Source of the DNA: Octopus sinensis
Lineage: Eukaryota
Assembly: GCF_006345805.1 (NCBI RefSeq)
Contig: NW_021825907.1
Coordinates: 1-14,179, forward strand
DNA: 14,179 nucleotides
Direction of reading: 5' to 3'
Positions within the stretch are counted from its first letter, which is position 1. Each line of letters opens with the position of its first letter. The position numbers were made by a program, and so were the translations under genes. Positions 8,266 to 14,179 of the stretch are shown here, one piece after another. Under the pieces are notes generated by a model, which was not told the DNA's origin, ran no database searches, and saw only the letters and a list, made by a program, of their open reading frames with translations.

Positions 8266-10580
8266 GAACGAACGAACGAACAGATTTTATTGACTTAGCA
8301 ACCGAAAGAGAAGAGTTATATGAAAAGGTTTTATTAAAATCGAGACACCGAAAGCCTCCTCCTTGCTTTCCTTTTCACTTCTCATGCCCTTTGCAATGAG
8401 CAGAGGACTTGCCGAATGTTTTGAGTTTGTTCGTCTAGCTCTCTGGGGAGATCCTGATCAAGCCGTAGCTTATACGCCAGTTTAATCGCAAAGCGCCTTG
8501 TTTTCTCCAGTTTGGTGATTATGCGATTTCTTCGTCTGTAGGGTACCAACCTTCATGTCCATAGATAAGGACTGGTTCTACAGTCGCCTTATAGATGAAG
8601 AGAAAGGTGTCTGGGGAGAGATGGAAGCGTATAAGGCTTCTCAGGATCCCGGAACATTTCCTTCTTCTAGATTCCACGAACTTAAGGAACGATCCGTCAG
8701 CCCCGATCGTTACCCCAAGGTAGCGTAGGTCGTCAGAGATTCTTAGTCCCATTGTCTCCAGAAGTGGTTCTCTTCCTTTCCGAGTTTTAGAAACCCACGT
8801 GATGGTGGACTTGTCTCGTGCTAAGGAGAGGGCTTTCTCCGTAGCCCAAGACTCAACCATCGCTATATATTCCCTCAGCCTTTTCCAAGAGAGGTCCTTG
8901 GATCGCGACAGATCCGTAACCAATATGTCGTCCGCATAGATGATTAGTAGACTCTCCGGATTTACTGGTTTCGGGATGTCGGCAACGTATAAGTTGAAAA
9001 GTAGAGGGCTCAGGACCGACCCTTGAGGCACTCCCCTCCTTAGATTGATTGTATCCGAGGTCCGGTTACCACATCTGATAAAAGACTTTCGCATGTGTAA
9101 GAAATTCTCTAGCCATTTGACAGTCCTTTGCCCCGGAAGGATACTGATGATCCTTTCCAGGAGGCCTAGGTGCCAAACGCTGTCGAACGCTTTGAAATGT
9201 CCAGACAAACAGCTGTCATCCCCATCTTGTGTGTAAGGGCCCTCGAGATTTGCGTTTCCAGTTGGGCAAAGCAGTTTCCACAGGACTTCCCACGTCGGAA
9301 ACCCCATTGTTCTTTAGCCAGGTAACCTGACTCCTCCACGAGAATAGATAATCTGTTAAAGATTATACGTTCCATGATTCTTGATATGGAGCAGATGAGA
9401 CTTATAGGTCGGAAATTTTCTGCACGGTCTTTAGGTTTCCCTGCCTTTGGAATCATTCGTACCACGGTTTTTTCCATGCATTCGGGACGTATCCAGTCTC
9501 CCAACTGGCATTGAAAAGTATCGTTATTATCTTGACTAGGCTTATCGGGGCCTCTTTGAAGACTCGGATGGGTATGTAATCAAAACCCGGTGCGTTGTCC
9601 TTGCATCTTTTAATTGCTAGTAGGGTTTCATCCAGGGTGATTGCGTGACAAAGTCGACCAGGGGACATTTTCGCAGAGGCTATTGCCCTCTTTTTATCGT
9701 CCATTATATCTGTCGGGACAAAACAGCTCGGGTCGACATCTTGAATTTTCGCCAGTTGTTGACGTAAAGCGTCAGGTACATCGTCTCGGTTGATGGCATA
9801 GCCATTTTCTGTGGTTAAATTGATTTCATCTCCTTTGCATTCCGTTTCTTTAGGCGATTATATGCCTTCCAGAAACTTGGGTGTCTTCGATTAAGCTTAG
9901 AACATTCCAATCTCCAAGCTGAGTCAATGTTTTCTTTAGACCTTTTGTCGATCCTCTTTTTAAGAGAGGAAATCATTGCTCGTAGGCGTGTGCAGTCTGT
10001 TGGGTCAAAACATCTGCGTAGCCTCTTCTGGTATCTTGCCTTTTCTTTCAGGAGACTCACTACTGTGTCGTCGAGTTCATGAGTCCCTCCACCAGAGTGT
10101 TTAATGAACTTTTTCCTGGAGAACTTCTCCAAAGAAGTGTTGATAAGATTCCTAACGAGCTGGTCCAGACTTTCAATTTGTTTTGTCGTGTGAACTGCTG
10201 CCCGATGTATGAGTGACTCTAGCGAGGTTGTCAGGAATAGGGACACAAGGGGCCAATTCGTTTGATTGGTATTGTATCCAATAAATACTTCATCTTGCAG
10301 AACTGAGCTTGCACGTAACACCATTGTTTGAGGAAGGTGATCGCTTCCAATATCAATTTCAATGCGTGGGCGGTCACAGAGGGGAGCTAAGCAGTCCGCC
10401 ACGAGAAACACACACCAGTCGATCTTCTCCGTAACATGAGAAATGATTCGTTTCGTCAGAGGACCAGACCTCAAAACCGTGTCTCGCCGATAAGGTATGA
10501 AGTAACCGTCGGTCACTGTTTGTTGATACGCATCCATATAGCGAGTTCTTTGCGTTTAGGTCTCCGACTAGAATCGACTA
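8266..10580 (-). mobile_element. 5'-truncated APE-RT non-LTR retrotransposon (I/Jockey-group-like ORF2) with (GTTC)4 tail
   Basis: EN motifs ILVGDLNAKN, KIDW, GSDHLP. RT motifs APGFDYI, PKAGKP, FRPISLICSISRIMER, QWGFRRGKSC, LDISKAFDSVWH, GVPQGSVLSPLLFNLYVAD, YADD, YLGVTI. The tail gaacgaacgaacgaac is at 8266-8281. No TSD was found. Confidence 0.93.
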
Positions 10581-11002
10581 AAATTCAACCTATATATTAG
10601 GTTAATTAGAGTACAATTAATGATAAATAAAAAGATGCTTTAAAACAAATAAATTAAAATAATATTTTTATACAACAAACCATTTTGACTGATAAGCACA
10701 TTAAAACATATTTTAAAAATGTGAATTGTGTGAAACGCTTTAAAGGCACATAATTTGATAGTTTTATAATTAACTCTAACCAGTTTTTAGTTTTATTTAA
10801 ACATTTTTTGAAATGTAAAAAGATAAAGGTTTAAAATCATCTGTAGATCTCTTATAAAAAACTCAAACTTTATCCAGTTTTTAGTTTAAAATCATATATA
10901 GATCTGAAGTTTAAAACGAAAAATTAAATTTGTCCTTTTTTGATTCTTTTCATGTGAACAATCTTTGTATCTCCTTCGAAAATTCTACTTTAAATTTTTT
11001 CA

Positions 11003-11142
11003 AACCCTAAACCCAACCAATTCCCTAACCTTCACCCAAACCCTAACCTTCACCCAAACCCTAACCTTCACCCAAACCCTAACCTTCACCCTAACCCTAA
11101 ACTATACCCTAACCCTAACCTATACCCTAACCATAACCATGA
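11003..11142. repeat. Interstitial telomere-like (CCCTAA/TTAGGG) variant array
   Basis: 20 in-register hexamers at 11023-11142, 9 of them perfect CCCTAA, including three exact copies of the 18-mer CCCTAA-CCTTCA-CCCAAA. One more CCCTAA is at 11005. Confidence 0.9.
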
Positions 11143-11557
11143 GATAAAACAGCATGCTTAATTTATTGTTTTTAATGATAATGGTTAAGCATTGAAAAAA
11201 TAAAAATCCATAATATTATAATTTTTAAATTAATAAGTAAATATATTTCAATCATTTAAATATTTTAAATTGAAATTTTAAAAATTTAGAGCAATGGTAA
11301 CGAGCGGGGCATGGTAACGAACAGGGCATGTGACATATTAACACAAAAACTAATTTAATGACTCTTTTTTGGGAAGCTTGGCCATAAGTCCCCTAGTTTC
11401 ATTATAATAGCCACTAACACAATTTATGCACATAAAATATAAACAATCCAGAAAATATCAAATATTAATTTTTATGAACACTTGGAAATAGAAATGTTTA
11501 AAACCAAATTCCACAATAAATATGACTTATATAATAATATTAGTAATCAAAATAAGT

Positions 11558-13037
11558 TTAATCCGACCAGCCAGCCTCATTTTCATCCTCCTCCATTGAT
11601 TCACTCTTTATGACTTTAGAAATACTCTTGATTAGTGGTGACTCCTCATACTTCTTCGACTTTGGAGGCTCTACATAGTCCTCTCCCTTCCCTTTTAGAG
11701 ACTCGCCTCTTCTTTTTAACACTTTTTGAGTTGTGACAATATATCCATTTTTTCCTCTTCCTTTTTTGGTTCAATCTCAGTTTTTGTTTCATTTTCTTTC
11801 CTTTTTCGGAATTTAAACTGATTTATTCCTCCCGCGTCAAGAATTGAGTCAAGCAGAGCCTTCAGTTTCGGTTCTCCCGAAGGCTTCGGAGTGACCTCGA
11901 CAGATTTTTTGTCATCTTCGACTACAAAATTTTCCTCGATTTCATTTTTTGATGACAAAGTCATGTTTTCCTCTGCAATTTCAGTTTTTGGAAAAATGTT
12001 GGATTCGGGATGCGAAGTCTCGACCTTTGGTAGTGTGGAGACTACGGGGTCCTCGGTGAATTCAGAATCAAGATCCGGTAAATCCACGGTGATTTCGGTC
12101 AAAATAATCGACGGAGCAATCCCCGTTTCTTTTTTAGGGAGATAATTCAAATCACTTACAATCCCTAAAATAACAAATTGAGTTTAACCAGAAAGCACGG
12201 GAAGACTTTCGGGGACCTTGATTTGAGGTACATCACCCAAAATAGGATTGTAGTCAAAATTTAAACGCTGGAAAGGATCGAATTGATGGCCCAAAGTCAC
12301 GGTCTCCGGTGCCTTGGCTGGCTCGTGTCTTTTTTCATGTGGTTTTGTAATTTTTGAAACAACGTTAAGAGGATCAACAAAAGAATAGTTTTTAAATCTA
12401 TTTATTAAAATAAAAAATTAATAATAAATATAAAAATAAATTACGCATTTATATTTGTATTATATATAAGAAAATTTCCAGTGCTTTTCAAATTGTTTGG
12501 AGGCCTGCCAATTCCTCATGAAATGGTGTCTTATCCTTGTCTTTTAGTAAATCAAAAGAGGCTGGGACCATTGTAGAATTTTTATATTGAGAAATTAAAT
12601 CTAAATTCTAATAATTAAATTAAATAATTTTATTTTTATTTAAATTTATAATAGATATTTAAATAAAAAACTTTTGATAGTTTGTAGTGGAGTTTGGTTT
12701 CATTTTTAACATTTGGCATCACTTGGAGGTCATTTCTTGGAAATTTTATTGTCTGAGGCAAATTGAATGGAGAATAAATCCTATTGCTTTGCCCGATTGT
12801 CCAGTTTTTTAATTTTGCTCAACAATTGAAATTCTAGACTTTATGGATGACAATCTGTCCTTTCTAAATCTATCTATAGCTTTAATCGTTACATATTTAT
12901 ACATTTTGATTTATTTTTTGAATAAAATGTCTAAAATCTTGTTGGAACTTTTCTAATATTAGCAATGATTGGATAATCTTTTCCTCGTCTGGAATACAAG
13001 GAGAAATTATCGGTATAACTGACTGCTCAATGCTCAT
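11558..13037 (-). CDS. WASHC1: WASH complex subunit 1 (WASH1): WAHD domain plus VCA
   Basis: Exons 13037-12903, 12873-12672, 12607-12445, 12397-12189 and 12164-11558; GT-AG introns of 29, 64, 47 and 24 nt. The translation shows the WASH1 landmarks in order: VIPIISPCIPDEE, KAIGFYSP, GLPNNLKSTGNFLIYNTN, NYSFVDPL, YNPILGDVPQIKVPESLP, GIAPS, ALLDSILDAGGI (WH2), DILSQL..VLKRRGESLKGK (C) and acidic EEDENEAGWSD*. Several single-base homopolymer corrections are needed. Confidence 0.9.
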
Positions 13038-13327
13038 GTTTATATTACTCACTAGAGTAGGGGACCACAATAAATTATGTCTTCTTTTATTATAAATTTA
13101 AATATACTAATTAATTATTTAAAAATATTTATTAAATTAACTATATTAATAAAATAAAAATTTATAAAGTCATTTCTAATCGTTAGCTAATCTATATAAG
13201 AAAAGTTAAAAGGACTTAAGTAATAAATAATTTCTTTTATTATAATTATATATATATTTAATTAATTTTAAAATTTGATAATATAATAAATATATATATA
13301 ATTCATCCACTTGTGGTTATTTAATTA
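13038..13327. promoter_or_regulatory. 290-bp AT-rich head-to-head intergenic region, candidate bidirectional promoter
   Basis: Lies between the divergent ATGs of WASHC1 (13037) and TSEN54 (13328). Function is inferred from position only. Confidence 0.3.
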
Positions 13328-14179
13328 ATGGAGTTATTACTATGTAAAACAGCACATGCTAATTGGATAGAAGACTGGAAAGTAGGCGAACTAGTAAAAA
13401 TAAAAGTATAAAAAATATATATTTCAATTTAGGGCAACTTCCTTCTTCAGCTGTCGAGCCTGGCTCAGTCTCTCGCAAACCGAGAAGATGAAGATTGGAA
13501 AGTACAAGGAGCTCTCTGAACGGTATCTGTTCACTCCCATCGCCGTCGAGACTTCCGGCGTCATCGGCGAAAAGTCTCTTTCCTTTCTAAAAAAGCTGGC
13601 CGCATGATCTCCCATAAACGGGACACCCACGCGAGTCCAAGTGGCTTTTCGAAAGGATTTCCTTGGCCATAGTACGTGGAAACTGTGTTTCATTTACGAT
13701 GCCGGGAATTTAGTTAGTTAATAACTATTTGTTCTTACTTAAAAATGATATTTAAAATTGAAAAAAAAAAAAAAAAAAATTTAGGGCAACTTCTTCAAAA
13801 CAATGGGATATTCAAAAAATAGTAAACATTACTTATTCCCCGAGGAAATACTATATCTTACCAACAAGGGCTCACTAACATGTCTAAAAGACGGCCAAAT
13901 ACTACAGGCCGATGACCTGTCCCTTATAGTTGATGGAGTATTGGGGAGTAATGTCATGACTGTATACTCCAATTTAACACAACTGGGCTATGTACTACGT
14001 CGTAATACTACTCCTTTTTATTATTCCATTTTTGATGTTTATTTACCGTCTTTTGTTAAGACTTTTAAAAAATCCAATCCCACATCACCACAATATCATC
14101 TATTTGTAACAAGGTATTTTATTATATATTTTAATTAATTTAAATATTATTTATATATAATTTTAAACAGTATTTTTAG
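13328..14179 (+). CDS. TSEN54: tRNA-splicing endonuclease subunit Sen54 (3' incomplete; CRE insertion at the intron 1 acceptor)
   Basis: Exon 13328-13405 (MELLLCKTAHANWIEDWKVGELVKIK) joins in frame to exon 13785-14113 (GNFFKTMGYSKNSKHYLFPEEILYLTNKGSL...VYSNLTQLGYVLRR...IFDVYLPS...FKKSNP), which are Sen54 N-terminal and C-terminal signature motifs. The next intron starts with GT at 14114. Confidence 0.88.
13442..13779 (+). mobile_element. 5'-truncated CRE-clade non-LTR retrotransposon (RLE C-terminus, 3' UTR, poly(A)) with 16-bp TSD
   Basis: With small frameshift corrections it reads AEKMKIGKYKELSERYLFTPIAVETSGVIGEKSLSFLKKLGRMISHKTGHPRESKWLFERISLAIVRGN (CRE-type P-x-AVET-x-G and R-x-S-x-A-x-x-RGN motifs), stop at 13711-13713. 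A19 tail at 13761-13779; TSD AATTTAGGGCAACTTC at 13426-13441 and 13778-13793 (its first AA overlaps the tail). The insert is much more GC-rich than its flanks. Confidence 0.9.

Larger units (their letters stand above)
8152..11335. mobile_element. Non-autonomous TG...CA DNA transposon (Ginger/Tdd-like termini), ~870 bp excluding the nested LINE
   Basis: 40-bp imperfect TIRs, 31/40 identical: TGTCACATGCCtcagggaTTACtATGCCCCaCTCGTTACC (8152-8191) and the reverse complement of 11296-11335, TGTCACATGCCctgttcgTTACcATGCCCCgCTCGTTACC. The 5-bp TSD TATTA is at 8147-8151 and 11336-11340. The superfamily is inferred from the termini only. Confidence 0.75.

Noticed and set aside
6374-10580. The plus-strand endonuclease N-terminus (6374-6502) and the minus-strand LINE starting mid-endonuclease (10580) might be one element split by an inversion
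   Set aside because: Such an inversion would flip the left TIR at 8152, but that TIR still pairs correctly with 11335 and has a matching TSD.
11003-11142. True telomere, or subtelomeric WASH location as in primates
   Set aside because: The array is short, degenerate, internal and enclosed by transposon TIRs, so its proximity to WASH1 is probably coincidental.
10965-11147. ORF with TLTFTQ repeats
   Set aside because: It is only the translation of the CCCTAA-variant array.
13424-13693. 89-aa minus-strand ORF
   Set aside because: It is the antisense shadow of the plus-strand CRE endonuclease.

Overview
AT-rich eukaryotic genomic DNA with very short spliceosomal introns (mostly 24-29 nt), probably from a genome-reduced parasite. 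The taxon cannot be fixed from sequence alone. The right end holds two divergently transcribed conserved genes: WASHC1/WASH1 (minus strand, 5 exons, 11558-13037) and a very compact TSEN54 (plus strand, 13328 to beyond the window end). A young 5'-truncated CRE-clade retrotransposon sits on the first TSEN54 intron acceptor, and its 16-bp target-site duplication (TSD) copies the 3' splice site. The rest is a dense transposon patchwork: a hAT (Charlie/SPIN-type) remnant, two back-to-back R4/Dong-like RLE retrotransposon fragments, a (TAA)n-tailed LINE fragment with TSD, a complete internally deleted Merlin element, a decayed LINE ORF1/endonuclease junction, a possible MULE relic, and a non-autonomous TG...CA DNA transposon (5-bp TSD) carrying a TTAGGG-like array and a nested 2.3-kb LINE. 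Most frameshifts, including those in WASHC1, are single-base losses in homopolymers and look like assembly errors. All homology calls come from motif recognition by eye, not database searches.
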